Shown here piece after piece: positions 43,927-57,700 of a stretch of 64,000 nt of DNA. The first letter of the stretch is position 1. Every line of letters begins with the position of its first letter. The notes below the pieces were generated by a model. That model did not search any database. It saw only the letters and a list, made by a program, of their open reading frames with translations, and was not told the DNA's origin. Made by a program: the position numbers and the translations under genes. Location: positions 1,313,680 through 1,377,679 of the forward strand of contig OZ037767.1 in assembly GCA_964035545.1 (NCBI GenBank). Reading direction: 5' to 3'. This DNA comes from Bugula neritina (Eukaryota; Animalia; Bryozoa).

Positions 43927-46263
43927 TCATTTGTTGCTGTTCCTATGCTGCTGAATGTCATTTTCATTATAGCCTTTAAACCACGAGTGGCCCAAGACTT
44001 GGTGAATCGTAGGCCTGTCCACCCACAAAAACTTCAAACAGTAAGTTGAAAGACTTTTGCATTCACCTGACACTGATCTTCTTCCCTGCAATACATTGTA
44101 AAGTTAATACAATTTATAAGATAGGATCTGGCAAATGATTTTCAGGCAAACAGTATATCTTGCAGGAAATAGAAATGACAGAGCAAAAGCTGTCTACTAC
44201 GTATGCTATATGCTGTAACAGTTTTCTGTAGGTTGCTTTGCATGAAGGCACCAAGCAACCGTTTCTAGCAGGAGTTATAAATGATTATGATTATACCAAC
44301 CCTTGGCCACTGCAAATCCAGTTTTCTGTGCTCTTCTAATAGACTGGCATTACCCTTTGTCTCATCAAAAGGCATTCTCCCAGTTACTAGGATAAAGAGG
44401 ATAACTCCAATAGCCCATATATCTGCTTTCTTAGGTGGGTAAGGCTCACCCTATAAGGTATAGAGTTGTCACACCATTTCTATTTGTACAAAACACTTGA
44501 AAAACTGACATTATTGAGTTAAATAAATCTTGTTGATCAGGTGACTAGTTTTCTTAGAGAAACATAACATCACTAATGAGCTTTTATTGCCTAAAAATAT
44601 TTAATTTTCTGTCTATTTTACATCTTAACTTTTTGCAATTTCACTATAACAAATAATTGTTACCCTTTAACAGACAAAACTTAAGTTAGTTCACTTGTCC
44701 GATTGTTGAGATAAAATTGAAAATTTCGTTTTTTAAAAAAGAGCTGAAGACGAAGAATTAAAAAATGAACTCACCTTTAAAATCTCTGGTGCGGCGTAGG
44801 ACTTAGAGCCACAAAATGTTTTGCTCAGATCATCGTCATTGCATCGTTTTACAAACCCAAAGTCACAGAGTTTGATATTATTTAATCTATCTATGAGCAT
44901 ATTTTCTAGTTTCAAATCCCGATGTGTGATATTCAGGTCATGGAGATAACGTACAGCATCAGATACCTACATGTGTATACAATAAAAGTGCATATACATG
45001 TGCATACAATACATGTGCATGCAATTCACTAGTGCATACATTATACAATATAACATTTCACAATTGCATGCATTTACATTTTAAACGTAATTCTTGTATA
45101 TTACTGTGTAAAATAATTTATTTAAAATCAGAAAAAGCTCCAAATTTTTTACTGTATAAACATTTTACACAAATATTTTAGATTTAACGGAATTAGAATA
45201 AGAGAAACTAATAAATAATTCTTTGATTCAATCAATAAATTAATACAACTTTTTATTCATTGAACTGAAAAAATTCGATATAATTTTCAAGCCAAAAACA
45301 TTGTCATTGCGTCATTTTGCTTGTAGCTTTACTAATTGTATATAAATCTAATTCTAGAAAATAAAAATTATACCTGGTGAACCCATATTTTTCCGGTAGA
45401 TTCTGAAACAGCACCTTGACTTTGAATAAACCTAAGTGTGTCGCCTCCCTCCACAAACTCGAGGATCATATACACTCTGTGACCTTCCATAAAATAGTTC
45501 AACATCTTAACAATGTTTGGATGACTCAGATGCGGCCAGTTATCTAACTCTCGAGGTAAAAACTTTTCTTGGAAATCAGCAGGAGCACTTTTTCTATCAA
45601 TAATTTTGATTGCCACCTGATCAGGTAGCGTAGAGTGATTGTTTGGATAACTTGGCTGAATTCGTGTCGCGTGTTTCACTTTGGAGTAACTTCCAGCCCC
45701 TAAAGTATCTCGTACCAGATAGCCTCGTTTGGCTAGAACTGTGCGATAAGTTATAGGAAGGGGTTGATTTTTTTCTCCTAAATTATTTTGCACATAGTAA
45801 GGAGCTTGGGCTTCAATTGCAACAGGGCCTGTAGAAGCGCCCATATCAGCTTTCCATGCCTACCATCAAAATATCCTCAAGTATTATACAGCACAATACT
45901 ATATTCCACAAAAACATTAACATATCAGCAAATTGAGTGAACAATAATAATTTCTATACATTTAATATTTTAGACTTTTACATGTGTAACTTGTTGGAAG
46001 TACATATTTTATAACCAACTTACTCTGTGTTCTCGAACTCTGCCTGATCGGGTGGTGACCCCTTCACCCCGTGCCATAGCCACATCAAAGGAGTTACCAC
46101 AAGCAGAGGAGTTAGCAGCATTAGATGTTCTATATGAGAAGTTTCTACTACAGGAAGGGGGGTGTTCTAATGCCCTCTCTCTACGCCCCAGTAACGATCC
46201 AGAAGATATGTGGCTAGCAGATGAATCGTGGCCTGTCTTGCATCGCAGTCCATGAGAATTCAT
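43927..46263 (-). CDS. Testis-specific serine/threonine kinase (TSSK family); start at 45844 or, with an upstream in-frame exon, 46263
   Basis: Exons (46024-46263), 45374-45859, 44775-44966, 44302-44450, 43927-44085. [34 protein letters not shown] (TSSK signature), [43 protein letters not shown]. Confidence 0.9.
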
Positions 46264-47129
46264 AGTGCAGTAGATGCTAGTTCTCTCCAAATGCTACAAA
46301 CAGAGATCAACATGTTCGAAAAAATCTGATGGTTTAGAAAACATTTAGCATTTATAAACTAAATGAAGTATTTTGGTAAAATGTATTTCAAGTAAGAAAT
46401 CATAGTAAAATGTGTAGACATACTCAAAGTGAGCTAAATTTGAAACAGTACCCTCTTCTAAAGACTCAGGTTGTCAATTATGTTTATTATTATAATCAAG
46501 GCAAAATTTAAACCTTGCTATTAACTTATTTACTAAATCTGGATAAATAAAATAGCTCAGCACTCATGATGCAAGGTTTAAAGTAAAAAGATACCATAGT
46601 ATACATATTATTATTATTACACCCATTGTTGAATATTATTGTTTAGCAAATTTATGTTTAAACAATGCATACTTTTAATAACTAGTTAGTGCTAAAGTTA
46701 TTCCATTACTATAATAAACTCCATTATATGCATACAAAATTGATAGATATAATTGCAGTTACAGTTACACAGTTAAACCTAAGGAGCATACACATTTTTT
46801 ATATATTTCATACATATATATAGCAATTGCAAAAAAGAGAAAACACACACTATATGTTTACTATTGAAAGTGTTTAAGGTATCAAAACATTAAAATTAAC
46901 TCTCAAAGAAAAACATTAAAACAAAAACTTAGAAAAAACAAACTTCAAGCATATCTAGTCTAATGCAGTACTATATTATTATAAATTTTCTTGTTCCAGA
47001 GAATAATCAAAACATTATCAGGTACTTTTCAATAGTCAATAAAGTTTGATTTAGCAAAAGTATAATACTGTGTGACAATTTGGATTATACAACTGCGATA
47101 ATAACAATACATATCTGCAAAAACTTGCT

Positions 47130-47460
47130 TGAGTCTGAGATAGTTTACAATTTGAGTTACAGAATGAGTATCACTATCAGTATGAGCAGGCTACTCAACT
47201 CAAGTGTATGTAGTAATATAGATAATATTTGTAGAATTACATAATTTACAAGTTTATACTAGCTTGTATTATTATCATTAGTCAAAAAATTATCAGTATT
47301 ACAATCAATGTGACTCTCATTTTGATTTACGCTGTAACACTAAGTAACTAACAATAACCGTAACTCTACGTATTTAACTTCAAGTTTAATTTTATGCAGG
47401 TGAAATTCATTAAATTAACGCCTAAATTACAGTTAAAATAATTTATAGTAATAGAAAACA
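47130..47460. other. 6-bp-phased TNA tract (left of the Drosha/TSSK promoter)
   Basis: From 47293: TCA gta TTA caa TCA atg TGA ctc TCA ttt TGA. From 47165: TGA gta TCA cta TCA gta TGA. Confidence 0.8.
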
Positions 47461-47499
47461 ATTAAAACAGCAAACCTCTATATAAAATTCTATTATTTG

Positions 47500-47502
47500 C
47501 CA

Positions 47503-47536
<34 letters not shown>

Positions 47537-47990
47537 TTCAAACAACTAATAATGTACAGAGTTGTATTATTCAACTAATCAAGCGAACTCAATGTGCAGA
47601 TGAATGCGTGTCGCAAAGCGTCTGCTAGAAACTATGGAAACTAAACGTCACGATCTGTATATTTGGAAAAAATATGTTTTTTATAAATTTCAATTTTTGT
47701 TAGTAAAAAATCATTTGTTTTTTTTTATGCCAATTTAAAAAAAAACAGCTTTGAACATTTTTACCGCACGTAGTTTTTTCCGCAACTGAGCTATGTAGTG
47801 AAGTCGAAATAATTTGGATTAGCTGTGGCTACCACTCAGTGTTTCAGTTTTGCCACAAGTTGAATCACAATGTAGCAGGTCTCAAAGCTCGTTCGGCCAA
47901 AATAATTATATTACATTACCAAATTATTTACTTCTAAATTCTTACTCTTTTTGGGGAAAAAATAAACAATAGCAGAGGTAATCCAAAATT
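47500..47990. promoter_or_regulatory. Putative core promoter shared by Drosha (+) and a - strand unit (probably TSSK)
   Basis: CpG-containing stretch with poly-T/poly-A runs between two divergent genes, flanked on both sides by 6-bp-phased TNA tracts. Confidence 0.45.
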
Positions 47991-47999
47991 GTCAGTCAG

Positions 48000-48740
48000 A
48001 CTTTATCATAATGATAATGATTATAAATATATTTAATATTAATTGTCATCATATTCATAGTCATTATTATTATATGTATCAATATCCCATAATTATTGTC
48101 ATTATGATTGTGTATTGTTCGTGTTGACTTTGATGTTCGTGTTAAGATATTGATGGAGTATCACTATAAGTATGAGTATGACTTCAATTTAATAGTCGTT
48201 TTGACATGACATCTTGATCTTGAACTTTCACTAGCAGAGCGAGTACTAGTAGCCAAGACTGGTCAATTTTGAGTAAAGCGAAAAATTTTGGGCGTTACTA
48301 TTGCTAAGAGTAAGTCTAACAGCATCAACTTCAAGCATGAACTCGTCTAAGAAAGGAGTATCACTGTTGCCGATGGACCTTGCGGTATGTCAAACTGATA
48401 CTAAAATCAGCATAACTCACAAGAACAAGTCTAAAAACTAAAATTTTTCAAATAACTATAAGACTATTAATTATAAAATTAGATGTTGCTTCAATAATTA
48501 TGCTCACTATTTTAATTTATAGCTAATGCTATCATCATACACTTTACACAGTATGAGTATGAGTGAGTGTAACTGTACCTGTAAGAGAAAATATTTAAAG
48601 GAAATGGAATGTTAAATTGAATTGATTTGAGTTAGTAGACCTGGTAATATGGTTAAACTTATAGGCCTACGTAAGCTGAAAGTATCTCTACTAATACAAC
48701 CATTCAAAGTGAGTTCATAGATTACACTACTTATACTTAT
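48000..48740. other. 6-bp-phased TNA tract (Drosha 5' leader and first coding intron)
   Basis: From 48161: TCA cta TAA gta TGA gta TGA. From 48305: TAA gag TAA gtc TAA. Confidence 0.72.
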
Positions 48741-51700
48741 TGTTTGTAACTTTTTTTATAAACTCTATAGACTCCGTATTAGAAAAGTTAATCTTATTGT
48801 TTCCCAACTACTTAGATATCACGGCTACCAGTCTTGGTTGTTTTATTGTAGCCATAAACTTTGTTATAAATATCTACAATTCTTATTTAATCTTTTCAAC
48901 TTACACCAGGATTTGGAAATAGTGGTGTAAACTGCTGTCAATTCAAGATACTGTGTAATTTTTGTATACGAAAAGCTCAATTTTAGTTTAGTTACACTTG
49001 AACCTACCTCGTAAAAACTGTATCTACATCTGCCATCATTCTAGATTTTCATCTTCAGTTTTAATTTATAGAAATGATTGTGTGATTCAGTTGGAGTAAA
49101 CTAGTTTTAGTTGGATGCAATTAGTTTTTTGGGATTTATAGCTAGGGATGCGGTTTATAGGGTAAAATAGCTGCGGTTAAATAAGCTTATTTTTTTAATT
49201 TTTAAATTGCAATGTTTCATTCAGCAATTCCAAAGTAGTTACTTTCTCATATCTAGACTTCAACCCATCTAGACTCAATTCTGACTCGCTTTTTATAATT
49301 CAGTCAAATATCATTAATTCAACTTTTAAAGCTTGCCTTTCATAGCTGTTTTATTTTTTAAAGTGTTTTTCTGCTGACCTGTTTAATAGTTTGATTTCGC
49401 TGTTAAACTTCAGGCAATGCAAGAACAGTTGAATCAGCTGCAGCAGCAGTTATCTCAGCGGATGGCTCAAGCTTTGGGCACCCAACTTGTTCAACCAAAT
49501 TCAGGTCTGTGTAATCATTAAAGAATATCTTTTTTTATATTAAAAACATTATTTAATTTTCTGCTGAACTGCATGCATTTATTATGTAGGTATTAATATG
49601 TAGGTATTTGTTGTATATATATATATATATATATAGTTATGGTATATGTATTTATGGTATATATATATAGTTATGGTATATGTATTTATTATATGTGTAT
49701 TTACGGTATATGTATTTATTAAATATGTATTTATTGCATACTCATTTGTTATATAGGTATTTATATTTGAGTTTTACCTGTAGTCACACCTGTAGCTGGT
49801 CATCAACATTCTCAGAATATTTCCTCAAATCAACAACTAAACAGCTCAACGTTGAATCTCATGCAGGAAATGGTAAGCCATGTTTTACCAGTGTGAGAAA
49901 ATAACAACTGATTCTACACGTGGTGCTGTAACAGCTTCTTTAATGAAAGTGTTAATTTTTCTAGCTGTCATCAATTCAAGCTCAGCAGGGCCAACAATCA
50001 AGTATGACAACTCCAATAAGAAAGCCGGAAAATGTTCAGCAGATGCTGACTATCTTACAGCACAATCCTCAATTGCTACAAGCTTTAATTACTAAAACAC
50101 AGTCCCTGACCGGTGAAGGGAAGGCAGACTCTGCCAAACAGGTGAACTTTCCCCCTTACATTGACACAAGTTTGCCACCTCCATTACCCAACTCATTCCC
50201 ATATCAGCAGCCAATGCACCGTATGAGTCAGCCTGCTGTCACAACACCATATCCACACAGCAACCAGTGGCCTGGCCACATTCATAGACCACCCCTTCAC
50301 CACGTGGCTCCTCAGTTCTCTACTGCACACCCAGCCCCAGTGGTGGATACAACTCGTCCTCCCCCTCGGTTCTCAGAAACTCAGAGTTTATCCCATGGAC
50401 ACCTTGAGCATCAGAATTACGGTTATGGCATCACCAAGTCTCGAGTTGAGAATGGTGACAGGTATAGCAGGGAAAGCAAGGTGAGTCATGGCCCAGACCG
50501 TCACAGGAGAGGTGAGGCCCAGGTGAGGAGGTCTGTGAGTACAGACACTGAGACGAGGCAGAGTAGTGACAGGTACAGAGATGCTGGAAGACACCACAGT
50601 AGATCCCAGCATTGGGATGATAGAAGTCAGAGTGATGAGAGAGGTGCTGGTGTGAGAGCTGGTCCTAAACATAATGGTAGACACTATGCAGATAGTGGTG
50701 GTCATAGAGAAGATAGTGGTGGTCATAGAGAGGATAGGGGTGGTCATAGTAGTGGTGGCTCTGGTAGGTGGGAGGGGAGAGGTCATAGAGAAAGGGACCC
50801 CAGATATGGTGGTGATCGAAGCAGCCCCAATAGAATGTCTGAACGCTTTTCTCACCGTTCCAAAGATGATGACAGAGGCAGGCACAGGGAAAGAGAATGC
50901 AGGTCAAATGAGAGCAATAATTGGCAAGAGAGTCGTAGCTTTGGTCGGAATCAGGAAGATTCTAAGACTCAAGGCACCAACTATCCCCAGCAGGATAGAA
51001 ATAGGTTGGCACCAAATGGCGGGCCTTTACTCGGTGGTAACAACGTTGTCAGGGGTAATAGGTCCACCTCATCTGACAGGTTTAGTAACAAGCCTCACGC
51101 AGGCAGAAGCTGGCCTGCTCCAGCCAATGATCAGGCAGTAGTCCGTGGGGACAACTCCCACAGTTATTATACAAACTCATTTAACAGTGAGCCTGGTGAT
51201 GCTGGTAACAGCAGGGAAGGCACTCGCAGGTCGATTTATTCCCCGAACAGGTCAAACAGTGCACATTCTGAAAGTAGACAGCGTCATCATGTCAGCGCTC
51301 AGCGGTCTAGACAATCCCAGGAGTTTACTAGTCGAACCTCGCCCAACACTCGCAGACGACCGAGAGCTGACTCGAGTTTCGGCTCTCCTAGACACAAGAG
51401 CCGAAGAGTGGAAGAAAATGCTACTAAAACTTCAAATAGGGGAAAACCTGAGGAGCGAACCAACAGCTGTGGTGGCTTGAGCTCAGATGAAGATGGTAAG
51501 CTGCGCTCTTGTAGTATTTGTATGAAAGTGTACTATGAAAATGGTTTATTTGTATCACAATTAGAGTGAAAAGCTATAATCACTATTGTTTTCCTAATAT
51601 TTGAAAAACAGTGCAGTATGAGTTGTTAGTCTGTCATCTGTGTTTACACATTGTTTTTGGAATTAAAGCCATAAATGTTTTTTTAACCTAGGTCAACATT

Positions 51701-54700
51701 TTAGCAGGTTCCCATTTTGTATTTTATGTTTTGTGCTCAAATTTAACTGAATCACTAATTGCATTGTTTTAGAGAGTTCAGAGAGAAAAAAAGCCGGTAG
51801 ATCATCTACAGACAAGTGAGTTGTCTACCCATTTCAGTAAATGCTCTATTCTACTAGTATAGTCTCTTTCTTTGCTCTGTATAGTATGTAGTTCTGTATG
51901 CAGTTAGCTTCTGTTTCTACTTGAGCAGCAATAGACTGAGAGTTGGTAGCCTTTACGGGACGTATGATGAAGCAGCCAGAAAGAATGTGGAGAGTACTAT
52001 CTTACCAGACTACATTGAGTCAACCCCCGCAGGCAAATACCTGGTTAGAAATTCAGAGGTAATACTTGTGTTTCTCATACCTGTAGTTTAGTTGAGGTAC
52101 TCCTTATATGGCCGTGGTATATGCCTTGCAAGCTGACAAAGTAAATGAATCAGCAGTGTAGAAAAACTAGGTTGTGTTTATAATGGAGACCAGCAAAGAA
52201 TTTCAAGTTGTCTATGAGAGAATAACTCCTAAATTTAATAGAGTTTTTCAGTAATTGCGTTCAGTTTTCTTCACATTAAACAATAGTGGGTTAATTCTTG
52301 ACCTAATGAACAGACAGGCAACATGGAAGCCACCCAGCATTTGATTGATATGGAAGATAAGTTTGAGTACGAGGTGGTGATGAGAGCATCACGTGCTAGA
52401 CAAGGTCGTCCAGAGTACAAGTACCCTGAGAGAACTGCTCGGCTCACCTGCTGTGAGTACTACTAGTAGTAGTGGGGTAGTAGTACTAGTAATAACTGAT
52501 AGTAGTGGTAGTGGTAGTAGTACTAGTAGTAGTAGTGGTAGTAGTAGTAGTAGCAGTAGTAGTAGCAGTACTAGTAGTGGTACTGGTAGTAGTAGTGGTA
52601 GTGGTAGTAGTGGTAGTAGCATTGTAATCTGCAAGTATAGACAACTACTACCATATCTAACTTACACTTGTTATGTATCACTAATCTCACGTTTCTATCA
52701 ATCACTTACTTGTCTTACAGTAACTCAGTTAGAATTCAATTTATATAACAGGTATTGCTTGCTAACCTCTTGTATTATCTCATTTTATTTTATTTCTGAG
52801 GCCAACAAATGTTGCTAATAAATAATGTTAATTTTTGTTTGCCATTTTCAAAAGTCGAATATCTGCCATATAGCTCCTTCATCTTAGGTGACACTGACTA
52901 CATGTTCTCTGTATGAATCAGTCAAGTTCCTTTGTATTAGTTGACACTGACTACAAGTTCTCTTGATCTGTCATCAGTGTCAACAATAAGCAGGTGCTTG
53001 CAATGACATCCGCCATACCAGCTCAGATAGTCAAGGAAATAAAACAATTTGGTCGGCAATGTTTAAATAGATATGGGGTGATGTCTTCTACTCGAAATCT
53101 GACTTAGGATTCGTAGCCTCAACAACCAACAAAATATAAAGATTACTCTGGGATGAGGGCTGCATGAATGCCCCACCTGTATGTGAGGTGCTGGAGCCAT
53201 GAAACCATGCAGAGGTGTTGCCTTATCTAGTAAATAATGTTGTGATTACTAGATTTGGCTGCATCTGATGCGTGTGTCTCGTCCTACTGTTCTAGCAACT
53301 CATTGCAGTATGAGGAACAAGTAAATTTGTATACTGACTATACTGGAGTGCGTTAGAGTGATTAGACTGTGGGCTTTGTCTTACCATTGAGGGTTTGGCA
53401 GTATAAATCCTGTTTTTTTTCACAGACTGATTTGAAAGTACAATCAGTAAATAATGGAACTCCCTTCATTGAATGCCCAGTTCTGCTTCTCATGGATATC
53501 TTTATTTGATAAATATAATCATCTCAGATCCCTTCTGTTGTCTTGTGTGTTGTTCAAAGAATATCTGTATGTCCTGTTGCTAGGTAACATGTGTCTATTT
53601 TATTGGCAATATATACATTTCATACATTTGCTTTTGGGCCTGAAAATGTTCGCTAATTACTTTTTATCTGCTTGTTCGGCAACTACATGTCATGTTGCTA
53701 GGTAACATTGATATCCTGAGTGTTTGTTCACGCTTTTGCTAGGTAACATGGATATCCTGAGTGTTTGTTCACGCTGTTGCTAGGTAACATTGATATCCCG
53801 GATGTTTGTTCACGCTTTTGCTAGGTAACATGGATATCCTGAGTGTTTGTTCACGCTGTTGCTAGGTAACATAGATATCCTGGATGTTTGTTTATGCTGT
53901 TGCTAGGTAACATGGATATCCTGAGTGTTTGTTCACACTGTTGCTAAGTAACATAGATATCCTGGATGTTTGTTTATGCTGTTGCTAGGTAACATGGATA
54001 TCCTGAGTGTTTGTTCACACTGTTGCTAGGTAACATAGATATCCTGGATGTTTGTTTATGCTGTTGCTATTTCTTCCCGTAATATAATGTTTGTTTTATA
54101 CTACTAATTTATTTATGCAAGTGTGGTTTTAGAACTAAAGAATACAGGTATTTCAGTTGTTGTGTTTTGACTCAATGCTAACACCTTGAATGTTCGCTCA
54201 TGCTGTCGCTAGTTGAAGTCAACATTGCAGAAGTTTAGGCTGTTGCTATGCAGACATCTTGGATGTTTGTTTATGTGGTTGCTAGGTAAAAAGGATGGTT
54301 GTGCTCACGACTCCGAAGATGATTCAACTGATGAGTCAGACTTAGAGGAAGGGGAAGTTGAAGATAACAGCGATGAGGAGGAAGGTGTAGACAAAGGTGA
54401 AGGTCAGGCCGAGAAACAGAAACCTTTAGTGTCTCAAGAAGTTCTGGCGAAGTTGAACCATCCTGAGAGGCTGCATAAGTTTATGTGCTACAATGATAAG
54501 GGAGAGGTAGTTGTTATTACAGTACTGTACAGTGTTGTGTTACAATGTAGTGTGGTTGTTACTACAGTACTGTACGGTGTTGTGTTACAATGTATAGTGT
54601 AGTTGTTACTACAGTACTGTATGGTTTCATGTAACTTCGTAGGGCTTGCTCTGGAATTTATCTAGTCAATTTCTGTAAAACATATTTTCATGTCAATTTT

Positions 54701-57700
54701 TCAAGTTATTACATATTTGAGACTCAAAAATCAAACACTTCTACTAGGAGAATCGTTAAAGCTATAATTTGAACTCTAATTTTATATACGGAGCATAGTT
54801 TTGAAGTTTATTCTCACTATATGAAATGTGTTTATTTCCCGATAGAGATATTTCTTAACAACATCAACTCTGATCAAATCTCTTCAACTTTCAAGTGAAA
54901 AAATTAAAAGCATAACATGTTTGCTATGATTGAATCATGTATACCAGCACTATTCTAAGCAAAGTATACTATATATGGTCACATTTTGCGATCACTGGTA
55001 AATTTCAGACCAACTACGGCCCGCTGTGTAAATGCAGTCGTAAAGCTCGTCGTATCGGTGTACGTCATGCCCTGTACGCCGGGGAGAGTCTTATAGAACC
55101 TTGCAAAGTAGAGAGTAACAACATCGACAGACTGTACCACTACAGACTCAGTCTCACACCTCTCTCTAACTTCAAGGTGAGTAGCCATGGGGGGGGGGGG
55201 GCAACTAGGACATTGTTTACCTTAATCTAATAGTGTTCTGGAGGTGGACCTCAATGTGTGCAGTTGATTTTAGCAAGTCAAAAGTGATTGTGTAAACAAC
55301 TCCACGCTCTCTCTGTCTGTTTCTGGTTAGCTTGGGTGTTGGTGAGTTTCGTATATCTATGGCCACTTACTCCTTTTCTATTAGCTGCCGTAGTTGTACC
55401 TGTGCTGCTTCTTACCAGGTGAATAATCCTACGACCATCTCCTGGGACAGCCGGAATTATACCTTTGATGGGTTCTCCCTGTTCACTCATCACAAGCTGC
55501 AGCAGGTAAGATACTGTATGACAGGTGAGATATAGTATGACATAATAAAGCAATACCTCAAACTGAATCGATGTCAAACATGTTAACAATATAGCGCAAG
55601 AACTAGTTTATTTGGAGTTGTCTTCTCTAGAGAAGCAAACTAGGAGTAGTTTTTTAATTTGAGTTAACCTGAATGAGTATCCATTATTGAGGTCAGTTCT
55701 GACATATCTTATAGTAGTTAGCAACTTCTCTTGGAAAACACTGGATTACTTCACACTTCCACACGCTCCTAACTTTATATCTCACTGTTGATTACTTTGT
55801 ACCGATGTATCCCAGGAGGCCTCATTCAAGACCATCCTCTACAGCTCATACTACCAGATCAAGTTGGTGGAGGAGCCGAAACCCATCATGTTTACCGCTC
55901 GCTCTCTCAATCTCATAGCTGACTACCTCTTCTACGAGCTATTTGAGATCGCTGACTTGACCTGGGTACAGGAAGCTTTCAAACATGGCTGCCGTCAGCT
56001 GCATATAATGCCTCGGTTCACGAGGCCTCTACCAGGTAGATTATGGCTGCTTATACTGTACTTACGTGGGCGTCCATGTTTTATATGCTGGTGACAGGAA
56101 GGAGGGGTGGATAGGTCAATAGCCCCCTTTTCATTTCCCCCACTCACCCACTTATGTTATTTCCTGTTTGTCTTTTTATATTGACCTGTCATAATATAAT
56201 AATGTACGAGTCATCTGCAAGTTTAAAGAGATTTGATTGGCTGCTACACACAGAAAGCTACATTAACCTCACGATTACCAGGAAACTGCTGAGTTAATTG
56301 CAGCTATTTTTAGCCAACATTCCTTGAGCATTGATGACGTAGCAAACGTCATCAATCAAACATGTAGACGGCTCATGCCAACCAAATCATACCTGGATAT
56401 GGTGTTAGCTTTTCTCAATCATAACAGTAACATTGAATTCTGTGAAGTGGCACCATAAAGGTCAGCCACTATGCTTTATCTAAAGTACAGCCATGTCATA
56501 GTCATCCAGGCGCGTGATGAGAAGTTAATAGCTGTAATTCAAACTTGGCAAGTCTTCTAGAAACCAGTGACATATGTGATGGCTGTTGGCCAATAGTTAG
56601 GTACCAGCCATGTGGGTGCTGCCAAGGTTCAGTCACGTGCTGCCAGTTTCCAGGATGTAGAATATTTCACAGGGGATCAGAGCTAGTGCAAGATAAACCT
56701 ATGCACATAGGGGCATATAGCTAGCACATGGGGGCATATAGCTAGCATATGGGTTTATGTGCTTTATAGATGATTGGATTTGGTGTTTTTTGCATGTACT
56801 GCAAACTGAATGTTCTTTCTTACTGACTGGCCCAGGGTCTGGGTATACTCACACATCCTGGTACAGGCATAGCTCTGTCAAGTGTATTCACTAGTGGTAG
56901 AGTAGATGATTCTAGAACGTTGAGTAGATATAGAGTAGATGGTTCTAGAATATTTATTGAGTAGATATAGAGTAGATGTTTCTAGACTATTGAGTAGATA
57001 TAGAGTAGATGGTTCTAGGATATTGAGTAGATATAGAGTAGATGGTTCTAGGATATTGAGTAGATATAGAGTAGATGGTTCTAGGATATTGAGTAGATAT
57101 AGAGTAGATGTTGAGATGTTCCAATTTCCTCCTTTTGTATTGAGGTGATTATTGTTGGTAAAGAGAGGGAGGAAAGTCAGTTTATCCTGTGGGTGAGAGT
57201 CTATTGTCTATAAACATCCACTCCTCTCTGTTGTATTCCAACTAAAGTATTGTGTAACGTTTGAACTCCACTCCCCATAACTACCTCTTATTCTGTACCC
57301 TTTATGAAACATATATCAAATGCTGTCTCCTTAGTTATGTAATTTTTAGTGTTTATAGTAATACTTCACCTGTCTGAGAATGATTTGAATACTTTAAAGT
57401 TTGTTATTTTGCTAGTTTTGGGGTTTTAAAATTTCTAATTCTCAAAATATGACAATTAAAAAGTTCTGCCGTTTTGTTGAGAGGGATAAATAAACTAACT
57501 GCATGTAGGAAAGTGTTGGAATAAGTTTGCTTCCTCTGCTATTAGTGTTTATGGTTTGTCTACAGATAATGGGTTGGAAATACTTGCTATTCCTCACGTA
57601 CTGAAGTATCTCCTGGAAAATAGTCACCCTCTAATAGATGATGACAAGTTGGAGCAGGTGGCTGCCATGGAGAAGCCGGTGTGGCTGGAGAAAGTTGTGA

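Noticed and set aside
50388-51480. Overlapping alternative-frame and antisense ORFs
   Set aside because: Shadows of the large, more GC-rich R/S-rich Drosha exon.
53694-54069. CRISPR-like regular array (also 62745-63245)
   Set aside because: Head-to-tail units without unique spacers, eukaryotic intron context, no cas genes.
56329-56356. 11-bp hairpin (similar one at ~61020-61048)
   Set aside because: Short stems are plausible by chance in 64 kb of AT-rich DNA; no Helitron CTRR end or other support.
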